From Haplodiscus bocki (Eukaryota): a DNA stretch of 64,000 nt. The position numbers were made by a program, and so were the translations under genes. Location of the stretch: positions 34,844,001-34,908,000 of the forward strand of contig OZ296659.1 of assembly GCA_965655095.1 (NCBI GenBank). The letters run 5' to 3'. This document shows, piece by piece, positions 1 to 14,100 of the stretch (the stretch's first letter is position 1; the number at the start of each line of letters is the position of its first letter). Below the pieces are notes generated by a model. It searched no databases. It was not told where the DNA came from and saw only the letters and a list, made by a program, of their open reading frames with translations.

Positions 1-737
1 AGTCTACTGAGAAATGCCGGAAAAAAATAGGCCTCCTCTGGCGGGGCTCGAACATCGAATTGAATGAATCAAAAGATTATTTTTTCAACCATTTTTGAAT
101 ATTTTCAAAAAAGCTCCATAACCCGTCAAAATAAAACGTCAACAAGCGCTGAGAAATTACATTCCTGATATACTTGGATAAAATGAAAATTATCCGGAAA
201 AAAACGAATACCGCAAATTTCGATAACTTTGTGTATACCAAAATTTACTAAGTGATACCGAAACTTTCGTTCTGCTCCTTTGCTTACGCAGAAAATGGCT
301 ACTACAAACATTGAAATTACCCCCCTTAAAATTCATTGTTTGTATGCTGAATACAGATACAATTTTAAATTTGCAACTTTTCAATTTTGATATTCATCGC
401 AGATAATCGAGTGGTAGCTAATCGATAGTACTGAACTTTTGAAGTCTGCAATTTTGACGTTTATGGAGGCTCTTCGAGTCCCAAAATTTATAAATTCACA
501 ATTTTACAATAATGACATATGGCGGATAATCGAACGGCGGTTAATCGAGAGTTAAGTTTATATGAAGAATTGTATTGAATTTGAGAAACGCACCAGTGCT
601 ACATCAACAAAGTGAAAGACAATTGTTTGAATTATTTTGCTGTTTTATAAATTTGCTACATTTATGCGCAACGAATGTCTGAAGAAAAGGTCAAGAGGTC
701 TATTTATAATATCGGATACCTTCAGTTTCGATAATAA

Positions 738-1115
738 CACAGAGACAAAACTGTGCTTCGCAACACTTGCACCAACGGAATACTAGTGAACCAATCGACT
801 AAATAAAACTGATTTTTGAAGGGGACACGATATATCGAATAATACTGATAACAAAATACAGAAACTCAGTTAATTCGTGTACATTTGTATACAAGTAAGA
901 AACGCTATAAAAATTCATTCGCTTGATATTTCAAATAAAACCACTGATTGCCAAGCGAGAATAGCACAGTCAGGTAGAGCATGTGACTGCGGCGCGAACT
1001 ATCCCAGGCCACTCCCTCCTCTCATAGGTCAAAATCTAGGAACTTCTGCGAGTTGTGAACGGATCGCGAAAAAACGCAGAAGCCTGTGATATAACACTTG
1101 CTTGCGAAAGTGTAA
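738..1115 (-). mobile_element. HINE/DINE-like non-autonomous element, family A, with an internal tRNA-like segment
   Basis: Homologous to 4200-4590; terminal hairpin ACACTTGC-TTGC-GAAAGTGT; second ACACTTGC subTIR next to a GCTTCGC stem remnant. Confidence 0.6.
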
Positions 1116-1124
1116 TAATAATTA

Positions 1125-1426
1125 ACCTTTTGTTTGGTAACAACCAACTGGCAGAAGTCCTTTTTGGGTGCTTTGTCCTGTGCAGTGATTTCAAACAAGC
1201 TACCTGAGCCAATGTTACTGCCGACAGCAAAGCTTCTAGAAGCGACACTTCTCACACTTCCAGATACACTTATTGCATCTGATGACGTCATCGTCGTCAT
1301 CATTATCAAGTTCAGACTCAATCAAGATGAATCAGGTGATGGCGAAGGCTGCTGCTAGGTGCTTTCAAATGTCATTATCTAAGCTATCGCCATCACAGAC
1401 AGCAAAACTCGCATCATAATCATATC
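1125..1426 (-). CDS. Possible further exon(s) of the REDIC1-like gene or of another gene
   Basis: CTTTTCAG acceptor near 1427 and coding-like Asp/Ser-rich sequence (ORF 1022-1321), but internal stops occur in each frame. Confidence 0.25.
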
Positions 1427-4199
1427 TGAAAAGTTAGTTGACAACAATAAAATCGTTACAAAATGGCGGTTAGAATGTCACAAAATGCAGAAAAGCCAAG
1501 AATTCATCAAATCTACTGAGTTTTGCTAGGATGGCCGTCAAAACAAAAAATAAGGATCCACACTTTCGAGGTGAAGGAACAGTGGGTAACGGAAATTACT
1601 CAAACTAAACTACAAAAACATGGGCATCGAGGATACTGGGCTGAGAATTTAGAAAATCGAATTGAGCGAATTTTGCGAATATTCCCATAAGATCGAAAAA
1701 TTGTAGGCTATTCAAAGCGTAGAAAGTTTTGGAGCATACTATGGTCTACTGGTCAATTTTCAACGCTTTGAATAGTTCGAAATTTTTTGACGTTTGAGAA
1801 TCAACAATTTTTCGACGCTATGAATGGTCACCATTTTGAAAAAGCGGAAAACTGGCAAATTTCTGAATCAATCACTACCATACTTGAAATTGAAGAGTAA
1901 ATACTGACGTTTGTTTTAGCTTCGGGAATCGGATAAGTAAATAGACCCTACGAACAAATTAAAGTGAATAAGGAATTGTTTCACTTCATCGCTCAGCCAT
2001 CCACTCACGCCGATTTGCGAAAATGAACAAGAAGCGGTGCGAAAAAAAAAAGATAGTAAAATATCAGCTTAGTGCCTAAAAATAATTGACATGGCAATAA
2101 AATTAACACTAAGTCGACCAACTTTTTAGGAAAAACCTGAAAAATGAAAGGAAAAAATCAAGATCAATTTTCCCAAAGACTATTGCGAACTGAGAAACAA
2201 TCTAGAACTTGTTCGAAATGTCTGTTATTAAGCTTTCATTTTGCTCTGGTGAGCCCCTGCCGCTGCGCGTCCCCTTCAGTAGAATTTCACTTTTTCCACA
2301 CCCGTCGCTTCTTGGTCAATCCACCCTTCGGTAGCGGTGGTACCGAAACTTCTAGTAACAAAAAAATTGGTTCCATAACGCACTGGGGTTGTGCGTAGCA
2401 ACTATTGTAGGTCAAATAGGTTGCTTGACGATATACGGCCAGAAATGAAAGAATGAAGTTTTTGCGTACAGTTCTAGTCAGCTCACCTATCACAACAGAC
2501 GCATTTGATAGCACCACCCAGAAAGTTTTGCAATCACCGGGAAAATACCAGCTCGCAACGTAGTACACAGAGGAGAAACTGCCCATCGAATAGACATGCG
2601 ACGGTGAGCAAAGAATAGCATTAACCAATTCCCCACCAAAGAAAATCGCTCATTTGATTCTCCTACAGGTTTCAATGTAACAGGTTTTACAAGAAGTTTC
2701 CACTAAAAACGGGAAGTGCAACTGTGCAGAAAAAGAAAATCTATCATAATTCAAGTTAGGCAATGGAGGGCTGGAATCCAACCGATAGTCTATGAGAAAA
2801 ATAAACTTGAAAAAGTTCCAAGTAAAAGAACTTCGGGTGGAAAGTTTGAAACAGAACATTTCAGTTCCTCTGAGATTACTCTAATTTTCTATGCGGCAGG
2901 CTTTTGAATGAATAACAGATGGTCGGAATCCAAACAATGGTTTATGAGAAAAACAACTTTGAAAAAAGATGTAAATAAAGATTTTTATTATCTCAAATTA
3001 TTGTCAAGATATTTCGCGTGCTACAATCAAGATATTTCGCGTGTACATTATTAAACTACATATCTCGGTTTCTCCAATGGTTTCTGCAAACTTTCAGAAA
3101 GTTACGAGATGACCGCAATCCAACCAGTAGTCTTGGAGATGAAGGACTTGGAAGAAAATTTTGTTTTTCAAAATCCAGGTACAGAAATTTTGCGTCAAAA
3201 CAACGAAACAGAACATCCCAGTTTCACCTCGGGTTTTCCATTTTGTGCATTGTTGGAAAATTTTCACATTAAGCACTATCAAAATCAAATTGAAAAGGTA
3301 ATTCAAGAGAAAAAGCGACATTAAACTCAAGTTGATATGCAACGTACGCGGACAAACTGCACGCAATATCGTGCACTTTGATAGTTAACCACGGTCGGAA
3401 AAGTCTAACCGTATCCGTGTTCAGGACACTTTCTATCACAAGTGTAACACAGAGGTGAAGCGGAGCTTGAAAAATCTGGCAGCACCTTAGGAGCTACGAC
3501 TGAAATTCTATCGATCAATACTGTTCTAAGAAATAATTCTCGAGATGAAAATACGAATTTCATGAATTTGGAGGTTAAATATAAACATTTTCCAGAATTA
3601 TGAAAATGAAAATCCCTGACTTCAACTAGAGTTGACGAATTGAGAGTAGTTGCATTAACAGCGGATGGTTGCCATCCAATCAAAAGTGATCAGGAAAACC
3701 ACGTCAGAAAAAATGGACCAAAAATCTTGAAAGTTACATTAAAGTACTCTCCGAAAAATTAATGCAGATGGAGATCCGTGGCTTTCAGCTGGGTTTCCAA
3801 ATTGCGAGTCGCTGAATTTAATGTGGATCAAAGCAATCCGCTCAACAGTTTGCGTCTGAAAAAAATCAACTTAAAATTGCGTTCGAAAAAAAAGGTAAAA
3901 TATTGACTATGCATTCCTGAGGTACCATTTATTATTCTTTTTTTGTTCCTCTTCCCACATTAAAAGACGGCAAAAATATTGGATTTCAAAAAATTCACCC
4001 AGTTTCGACCTCTACTGTAAGCGAAGCAACGTTATACTGCAAGCAAAGCAATTAACTATTATTAATTTATAATAGTTTTTCGCGAGTTTTTCAGGGCCAG
4101 ACAAAAAACGTAAATCATAGTAATAAGCTAACGTTTCCAGCTGAAATATAGAGCTCGGGTAGGTTTTTTTCAGCCCCAAAGTACCATATCAAAATCGAA

Positions 4200-4590
4200 T
4201 ACAGAGGCGAAGTTGTGCTTCGCAAAACTTGCACCAACGGAATATTAGTGACAAATCGACAAAATATAACTGCTTTTTGAAGGAGCCACGATACTACGAA
4301 TATTACTGATAACAAGTGTTTAAAAAACTCAGTTAATTTTTCTATAATTACATACAACTAATAAACGCTATATTATTTTTCCCCATTAAATTTCAAATAA
4401 AAATATTGACTCTCAAGCAGCAATGGCAGTCAGTAGGGCATGCGACTGCGGCGCGAATGGTCCCAGATTCGAGCCTAGGCCACTCCTTTCTCTTTTTAGT
4501 CAAAATTGAGGAACTTGTGCGCTTTGTGAACGGATCGGAACAAAAAAGATTCAGAAGTCTGTGATATAACAGTCGCTTGCGCAAGTGTAA
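4200..4590 (-). mobile_element. HINE/DINE-like non-autonomous element, family A, with an internal tRNA-like segment
   Basis: GCGAAG-TTGTG-CTTCGC stem-loop at one end and GCTTGCGCAAGTGTAA at the other; A/B-box-like segment at ~4418-4486. Related termini at ~3427 and ~17067. Confidence 0.6.
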
Positions 4591-4880
4591 ATCATATGTA
4601 CCAGATATGACACAATGGCCAATTTAAGGCTAATACTGAATTTGTAATTAACCCCATTTTTTTAAAATTAGAAAATTCACAATTCTTCAACTTCTCTCCA
4701 CATTCGCTGTGTCTTGTCAATGCATTTCGACTTCTGCATCGAACAAGTGCCACTTCAATCAACGTGGCAAATTTAAATTTTGGTATTGAAATAGATGCTG
4801 CTTGAATGACGCAGTCCGAAATTGCAAAAATGATGAAAAAGTTTTGAAATTAAACTGACACGTAAATTTGATAGATGTAT

Positions 4881-7800
4881 TCACTGGTTATGGTCAAGTA
4901 ACAAAAGCAGCACGTTGTGTGCTTTGTTCAGTCCAACTCGTTTCGCCATACTGAGAACCACTTCTTCGTCGGGGAATTGAGTTTCCTTATCCTGCATCGA
5001 TGACTTATGCTCTTCTCGACAACCAACTCCAATTCCTCCACCAACGACATTTCTACCCAGATATTTCAAAGATCTTTCCGATACACCAGAAAAAGAACTA
5101 GGAGTCTCCCCGTCCTTTGACTGAAAGTTTGGGTTTTGGACTCGTTTAATAGGAAAGGATTCATTTTGTTTACTTTGAACTTGATTATACTGACCATATC
5201 TTGATTTATCAACTGTTGCATGAGCCGGACTCTTGAAAGAAGTGTTAGTGTTGTTATACTTGAGGGAAATATCACCATTGCTGAAACTACTTCCATAGTA
5301 CCCAGAGAACACTTAAATTTAATTACTTGCATAGTAGCCAGAAAACATTTAAATTAAAAATTGAAAAGATGTATAGTAGTCGATATCTGCTAATGACAAA
5401 AGGGGATGTTGATGATTTTCATTCAAGCTCAAATTATGAAAAGTCCCACTCAGTTTTGCAGAACTGGGCGAATATTTCAATGGAAAAACAAGAAATTAAC
5501 ATTATCCGGGGCCTCAGAACGAAACAAATGATAGATACCATTTATCAGACGTTCCAGATCTCAATGCAAAGTAATCATGCTCCTTGTTGCCTCGATTAGG
5601 GAAGAAATCATCGTCAATGCAATTATTCGAAGCGCCACGATCTTGAAAAGGAACCTCTTCTTGCTGGTCAAAATTGTCCTGACTTTTACCTGCAGTGGCG
5701 TATGCGAAGGAAACGTTTTCTGGTCTACTAGATAACTGGTTCTGGGGAGAAAACTCCTCGGGGAAATCGACGGATTGGTCGCTAAAGTCTTTTTCGTTGA
5801 AAAACGGCTCTTGATCAATTTCTTCTTCGTTCGAATTTTCATGATACACAGGTGGGGAGGAATTTTCTAAAATTCAATCACAAATCAATTCATACTCAAT
5901 TTTTCTGGTAAAGCAAAGAAATGGCCACCAAAACACTTCAAGAACCAGAAACAGCCAAAGTCGGCGCCGCCCGTTAGGCTCGATGTTCTTGAAAGAGAAC
6001 CTTTGATGCTTTAGAAATTTACGTTTTTACTGGTTAGGGATAGTATATGGCTTTTTGTCATGACAACTCTTCTTTTGGGTGCACACAGAATCGGTTCCTT
6101 TTTCGTTGAATACACGGTGAAAAAACTAGCCACTGTAATCGTAAGGTGCATCTACTTAAATTAACATCCCCGCGGAAAAAATGAAAGATATAAAAACAGG
6201 AGTTGCAAAATAAGGTCAAGGCGACCGATATTGACAGAGAATTATAAGCAAGAACAGGTATGTCGCAGATCATAACTAGCCTGTGTTCAGTAGTTGGAAC
6301 TTCTCGCGGCTCGGGTACGGAGTGGGAATTCTTCTCGATGACAAAGAACTCACTTCAGATTTTTCTACATATCCAATTTCGAAGGAGCAAAAAAACATCG
6401 AAACCATTGGCAAAATGTCAAACAAGACGACCAGCCACCACCAGCACATTTTCGCTATGTTTTTTGACTAAAATGTTTTATGGTCAGCTTTTGCAGTTAA
6501 AAAAATTAAAGAAAAGTGTTTTCAATCTAGTTTTCAAATATTTTCCTCATATATTATGCCCACCATCACCTTATGCATTTCTTGGCATTATCAATTTATC
6601 ACGACTCCAAAGCAAAGTACGAAGCCGGCGAAGCGTTTCTGAATAACCTTTCAAAAACATAAAACTATCCAGTGCGACCTTGATGGTGGAATTCCAGCCT
6701 GCAGTTTTGAAAATTAGTGTTAGTATCGAGATAAACCATTACAAAGGGAATTTTTGCCATTTTCGGACTATGAGCCTTCCGATGAAAGGAACATCTTTCG
6801 CAATCTTAATCGAATAACCTTCTACATATAGATTACTGTCGATCATGGAGAAATCCAACCGGTAGTTTTGGAGAAAAGTATGTTCTCCTTATAAATCAAT
6901 ACCATTTCCATTTTTGGCAAATTGGGTCCACCAACTTTGCAATGCAAGAGACCAGTCAGAATACTTTTGTAGTAACCTTCTAATAACCTTCTACAGGTTA
7001 AAAAAATTGTCGATTGAGACCTTGACGAAAAAACTAGGTGATAGTTCTGGAAAAAGAGCTTCAATACAATTTTTTTTGGTAATTTCGGCCTATCAGGTTT
7101 TCATTGCCGGGATTGAAACCCAAGACATGAAAAAACTCTTCCAAGCGGATATTTGTACATCAAGACATTGATTAAAAAATATGGCCTCACTATTCGGGAA
7201 AAAAATTAGGCTTGATTTCAGTCAAAAATCAACTGTGTTAGCATTTTTGACAATTTCAATCCTTTCGCATTCCGACAAAAAAATTAACCCAAGATAGCGT
7301 TCTTGAACGGATTGCAAAACTATCGGTTGACACCTTGTAGGAGGAAATGCGGCCGAAACTTTCGAAGAAATCAATTTTGAAAACCAAGACAAATCATACT
7401 AGTATGTAATTTTTGGTAATTTCGGGCACTCGGGTTTCATTTACCAGGAACGAAATGCAATAATTGATAAAAGAATAAATGTTTACAAATTAACAAATAT
7501 CCATTCGCATCTTGACGAAAAAAATCCAGCCGGTAGTTTTGAACGAAAGTCGACTTTGAATAACAAGATGAATTGTACTAATACGCAAATTTCAGGCACT
7601 TTCAGCCAACAGGGTATCCAGTTACCAGAGAAAATGCAACAATTGATAAACAAATGTATACCAAGTGTTGATTCACGCCTTGATGACATCCAGCCCCTAT
7701 TTTTGAAAAATGAATTAAAATACCAAGAAGAATCATATGTCAGTGTCACTTTTGGCATTTTCAGCCCATCCGATTTCCAGCGCCACAAACGTAACAAGTT

Positions 7801-10487
7801 AATAGTATAGTGACATTTTAAAAATAGAAAACTGTTGGCTCAGAACTTGATGAGAGAAAGCCAGCCTGTAGTCCAGAAGAGAAATGATTTTGAATATCCA
7901 GAGCTATCAAACTTGAATGTTTTTTTTTCTCATTTTCGGCCCAACGCTTTCCAGTAGAAGGATCAAAATGCCAAATGATTTCACTGAACCATCTTCTACA
8001 AGCTGAAACTGTCGATTGCCTTGTTGATGGATGAAAACCAGTTTCATAAAAAAGAATAAGAAAAAGAAATCCATTAAACTTTTTTGCATTTGTTTTTTTC
8101 GATATAGGATCCTCAGGATAAAATATTCGGAAAGGTTTTTGCTGTAACACCTGTCGTATGATAACAGCATGCCAAAAATAGCGAAAAAAATGATTTTCTT
8201 GAATGGTGATACTTACTTTATTCCAAAACTACATGGTCCATTTCTTTCATCAGGGTTTCGTTCGGCAGCCTTTCCCTTGAGTAGGACATCAATTTTTTCT
8301 TAGCGTCCGACTCCTGTCAGGAAGAAAATGTCAAAAATGTTTTCAATATTTACCAACCTCGGTTTTCTAACACGTATTTCTCTCGAATACAAGCACGAAT
8401 ACTTCCATCAAAAATTCAACCGGGAGCTCTGTACTTCAGGAGGACTTCTCAATGGAAAAATAATCGATTTTGTTCCTTGCGTCGGAATCTTGATAGTGAA
8501 AAGAATGCAGAAAGTGCTGTTAATAGTGACAAATCTCGACATTCAAGTTCATAATGTTTCTTCAGCACTGCTGAATTCACTGCTCCTGGAATGTTCTCAA
8601 TCAACGGCTTTTTAAGAGAGAATTTTCCGAAAAAATGTCATTTTTTTCTTTGCGTTCAAATCCTGACAGGCCGAAAACGCCAAAAATGTTATCAATATTT
8701 ACAGATCTCAAGTTTCGATATAAATTATGATATACCCCGATATTCAAATTCATACTTCTTCAAAAAGATTGGCTTGACTTATTCCATCCGGGTATTTGAC
8801 AGCTTTCTAAAAACGAGTCCTCAAGCTGAAATTCCTTGATTTCTGAACAAGCAATAAAACTTTCATGACACGCCGAAAAGCGCAATTGTTCTTGTTATTC
8901 TCTCGATACTCAAACTCATAATTTTATGCAGCGCCCTTATAAACCGTGAATATATAACCGAGGTAGATAAAATATTTATCCTGGTAGATAAACCGTGAAA
9001 ATATCGAAAAAAACCTTTGCGACAAAAATTGTCCAGCAAATTTTCTGATAATAAATTTGTCTGTAAAAGGATTCGAGCAAACTGCCTGAGCTCTGCATAA
9101 CCGAGGTGATGCTGCACATATGTATTATACAAGACGCGAACAAGTCCGCAACAAGTCTGCGTGACATTTGCAAATATTGAGAAAGGAAAAGCTGACACCA
9201 ATAATGAATTGCAAATTTGCCTTTCGAAAAGTTTTTCGACGGAAAATACAAAACAAACCTATAATAGTTCCGATTGGAGTGGAAAAATATTTTTCAAAAT
9301 AGCAATAATAAAGAAAAGGTTTCGGGCAAAAAGTGGGATTTGAATGTACAACATACCTAGCGCTTCACAACCCTGCTGTGGTACTCAAATCTCTGCTGAA
9401 ATTTTTGACGAGTTCCAACAAATAAATAAAAATAGATGGCAATGCTCAAATTCGAACCAGGATCTAGCGCTTGAAAAATCTTAGTCCTAACCCACTGCCG
9501 AAACTCATTACATATTTATAGAATTAATTGGCAAAAGTTGTTTGAAAAAAAAAGGAAAAACGACCATACCCATCGAATAATTTTTCTTCTATTTTTTGAA
9601 AAATTGGCAAAAATAGTGAATACACTAAGCTTCAGTTTCATACACTTCATTCAAATCAGTTTTTCCTTTCTTTTTCGAATTCATTGCAATTTTGTCATAA
9701 ATTACATAATAAACACTCCTTTGCGATAAATAATCCTAAATTTTGTGTATTTTTGAATTCATTCTTCCATAGCCTTTCAATTTCGTTGCTTTGTTCGAAC
9801 CAGCTCTCCTCTTTCCTCGAACTATAGCTTCAAGCGCTTTTTCAGACGCTGCAGGTGAAGGATGTCGATTCGTTTTGCCGCGATGAGAATATTGGTCTCG
9901 ATTTCCTCTGTGTGAACCCTGGTAGTCAAAATTTCAATTCATTAGTTGAAGAAAAAAACTATTTCGATTTTCTATTTTTGACCGTTCAACGTTGCTACTC
10001 TTTGCCAAAAATAAAAATGCAAATAACATCGAGATTTTTGATCGGAATTTGAATTTTTTGAACAAATTACTATCGTCGAATTAATTCAAATCGAAAATTC
10101 GAGAAAATTAACAACCGCTGGAGAGGCAAGAAAACTCATTTTAGATGTCCCAGTCTGTCCTTGATTTGCCTTCGAAACTTCATTGTTAGGTCTTGTATAT
10201 TTGTGCGGAAATAACTTGTCAACGTTTATACAAGTTTGCAGGATTTTTTCTTGCAGGCCTGATCCACTGACGTTTCGCATATTGTTCAATTGCCACTCCT
10301 TTTTCGAGGAACTCTTGTTCTGATCTGTAGGCATATCTTTGGATCGAGGAAAACTTGATATATATTTCCATTTTTGGCCGGAAGATACTTTTGCAGACGC
10401 TCTGCCGCCAGACGGAACTTGAGGTTCTTTGAAGCGGTCAGAAGGATGATGATGGCTTTGCATGCGGGAGCCCCCTACCCAGTTCAT
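4881..10487 (-). CDS. Multi-exon gene encoding a largely disordered protein with a REDIC1/C12orf40-like N-terminus
   Basis: ORF 10086-10487 starts MNWVGGSR, identical to the recalled N-terminus of vertebrate REDIC1 (C12orf40). Further coding-like minus-strand segments at ~9750-9918, ~5930-6008, 5539-5866 (TTTTAG acceptor) and 4881-5312. Exon joining and the 3' end are not resolved. Confidence 0.55.
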
Positions 10488-11039
10488 TTTTGAAACGTTA
10501 ATTAGACAGTTTTATCCAACTTGACCCTTTCAGACAATTGAGCAACTGAAATTTGATCCGAAGGGTTATAATGACAACATAACAAATTATTACAATTAAA
10601 TGACTAAATTTAGCAAGTTTGTTTCTTTGAGGATAATTGTAATTGAGACGAAAGCCAAAATCAGCGAGGAATGGGCTTGAGCCAGCCTCAAAAGTTGCAT
10701 TCAAATTTTTGGTAGTCATGACATATCACGATATTAAAAGTATATTGTAAGTATTCACTAAAATGTCAGAAATGAAACTTTTCAAAGGTGAAACCCTTAA
10801 AAGAGTAAGCTAGGTAAAATACAAATTCAGTAAAATTGATATCCAGAACAAATTATTAAAAATAAAGCTGAAGGTTTCAAATGAAAATAGCTTGCAATTA
10901 ATAGTCGATATACTGTGGTACATCACAGCCATCATTGGTCTAGTGCAAAATTTTTGGCAAGGCAGGAAAAACCGATTGGTGCGCTGATACCCAATGTTAA
11001 CTTCATCAGATGGTAAACTTCAAGTACATGTAGATTTTG

Positions 11040-11128
11040 TTATTTGGAGAAGTATCCATTGAAATCCAATTTGAGGAGAAGGTTCTGCAAGTGAGGTTGA
11101 TAACCGGCATTGCATAATTTCGTAACTA
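11040..11128 (-). CDS. TUBGCP6: GCP6 terminal exon
   Basis: TTTTAG|IVTKLCNAGYQPHLQNLLLKLDFNGYFSK-TAA; too short for the ORF track. Confidence 0.92.
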
Positions 11129-14100
11129 CTAAAACAAAAACTGACAAATTTACAAACACGTAATGGCAATTATTACCATAGAGCTTTCTTGCTCGGATGA
11201 CAGATCATTTTAAGAAGTGTTCTCAATCAGTTTTGTTTCTCAAACTTGGCAAATTTTCACCAAAATTGCTTAAAGTAATCAAGTAATCGCTGCTCTGAAC
11301 AACCTTCACTTCTATTTCTAAAAAGGTGCAACACTCCCTTACAATTTAGTGCAGGTTTCATTCAATAAATGAAACGAGAAGACCGGCTACCACGGGGATA
11401 TCTTCTGCCCTGCAGCTTTTAAAAAAATCCTCATTCACAAAGGTAACTTTTATGCTTTCTACAAATTTTATACTCTCTCGAATTTTGATTTTTTTCAAAA
11501 AAAATACAAATTTTTGACCAAAAAGAGGTCAAAGGAAGTGTTACTAGTTTATCAGAATTCTACAGCAAGTTTGCCATCTTTGCCCATTTTTTGAAGAAAT
11601 CGAGTTTACACTAACATCATTTTTTTCCGAAAAAGCCTACTTTTCTTTGTTTTATAGAAATGTTACTATTCCAGTCGCTGTAGAACGTTCTACGGTAAAT
11701 TTGATACTTTTTGGTGGTGAAAAAAATTGAAGACACAATGGGCACGATTATCGTTTTTCGTGCAATTGGAAAGTCAACGTAAAAAAAACACTCATTGAGT
11801 GCATGATTTTCTATCCATATTGAAACATGGCGAAAAATAATGTATTGGGGTTTGCTAGAGTGACTGCTAACTTTTGTTGAGGAACTTCGAGTGGTTCTGG
11901 AAAGACTTGACACTTTGCATGAGTGCGTGGAAGTTAGAGTGTTCCAGCTGTCCAGTGGATCCACTCATAGTCCAACTGCCCAGACTCACTTGTCTTTCAA
12001 ACGTGATCGATTGCGTCATCATTGACTTGATGATTTTCAATACTTTTGAGGCTTTCTCATTCAACATGGCCCTAATTATGAGGTAAAGAAAACATGAATT
12101 TTAATAGGGTGAAAAGTATCTACTCAAGAAAATAGCAAGTTAGAGAGTCCCCAACTAATCTCAGTGTGATCTTCACAAGTGTTTGTTTCTTGATTCAAGA
12201 TTTCAAAATTTTCAATCTTCAAAAAGCATATGTTCTGCCACAAAAATCGACGATGAAATCTTTGTAACGACTGTCCTTTATAAAATTATAAACTACATCA
12301 GCTACACTAAAGTCAACCGATATAGTGCAGCACTCAAAGATTCAATTATCGCTCATCTTTTCCTTTTTGGCCTAATATTAGGAAAACTTTTTTTTCACAT
12401 TAGTTTCTCACCCAGATACCGCGGCACTAACTTTAATTTTCGAGTATCTTTTCCTTTTTGGCCTACTAAGAAAACTTTTTTTTTCACATAAGTATAGAAT
12501 CTGACCTGCAGATCATTGTATTGAGATAATTAGCATGCGCAAAATGCATGTCGTCCACACTGCGTGCTTTGTCCATGGCCTGTTTGAACTCATTCCAGGA
12601 AAGACTGAGCAGCTGTTCGTGCAGATAGTCACTGAGCACATTGCTGTTGTGCTGCATGATATGTCTCCCAAACTGCACTTTTGCAAACTGGGGAGAGCAC
12701 GCAGTGTCGAAGAGCCGTTCTGTCTTCTTCAGGTGGAAAAAGAGCTTTGACAGAATGAAGGAGAGTCTTCTCAGGGATAACAGTAGATGGAATATCTTGA
12801 TGTATTTTTCAACACATGTGTCCGATATGATGACGTTCAGAGGCCAATTCACTCGGTAGAGCAGAGCTATGCAGGAGAAACAGTCGGCATCTATAACAGG
12901 AAGAACCAGAATCATATTTCTCTCAGTGGTAGTTTGTTCAGTATGATATTAACTTTGCATTATTTAATTTAGCTATCACTTTCTTTTGTTGAGGAATTTT
13001 TCACTTCTCAAAATTGTGTCAGACTCAACAACATCAAATGTATAACTCAGTATACCCGATGACATTTTATTTCAAATTGAAAAGACCACCAAACTCTTAG
13101 TTCTGCCATGTTTCTGACAAAACGATATCGTAACAATCAGATGATTGACAAGAATTGGGCGATCCACTTTCAGTATCGTGTGGATTTTGAAACTAACGGT
13201 AGAGGTCCATGAAATCTTCAGTTCCCTGACGAATTCTCAGTTTCACCTGCAGTCTTTCAAAGAGAACATCCTTCTTGTTCCAACGACTTCTCTCGACAGC
13301 AAAATTGAGAGCCCGCGAAAAGAATGCAATGGAGAGAACTCTATTGTCATTGCCAACAGGTGACTCAGTAGGATTCATACTCCGCGAACCCCTTGACAGA
13401 AGCACGTGAGATGCAGAATCGAAGACTGCAAAAGCGGAAGTGCAAAATCCATGTGCAAATTCGGGGTCAGCAAGAAGAAGAGTTCGTCTCAGTGCCTCAA
13501 AATGGAACCACAGCTGATGGTCGATGAAAAATAGGTCTCTGGCACAGCTGTTTGCTAAGTCCGTTCTGAAACAGTAGTTAGTGGAGCTATTCATAATCAA
13601 AAACCTAAGAACTGGTCAAATGGAGAATGCAAAATAGCATACCGTACTTTTTCTAATGGAAAACGTGGCTTATAACATTTTTTGAGGCGAATCTTTTCGG
13701 CTTCAATTTGAGGTTGGCTTAAAAGTCTACCAAAGCGGCTTCAATTTGAGGGTGGATATTTGAGGGTTCAATTAGAAAAAATACGGTACATAGAAAAATG
13801 ATGAGAGGTGACAATTCTTTTAATTTCATGGAAAAACCTCAACACTCCAGACTTTCCAGAGGCAAAATTTGTAGGTGGATTGATTACAGTTCACCCTGAT
13901 TGCGCTCAATCAATTTTTTGGATTTTTGAAATAAGACATAAACAAAACCAAAACCACTAACTGTTTTTCCAGAGGCTGCACAATCAATCGTTTCATCAGA
14001 ACTGCGAGTGGTAGAGTCTTCATAGAAGATCCGTCTTTCGTTTTTGAAACCGTGAAAAAATTCTCGACCTTTTCTGGTGATATCAGAGGGGAAAGAATGA

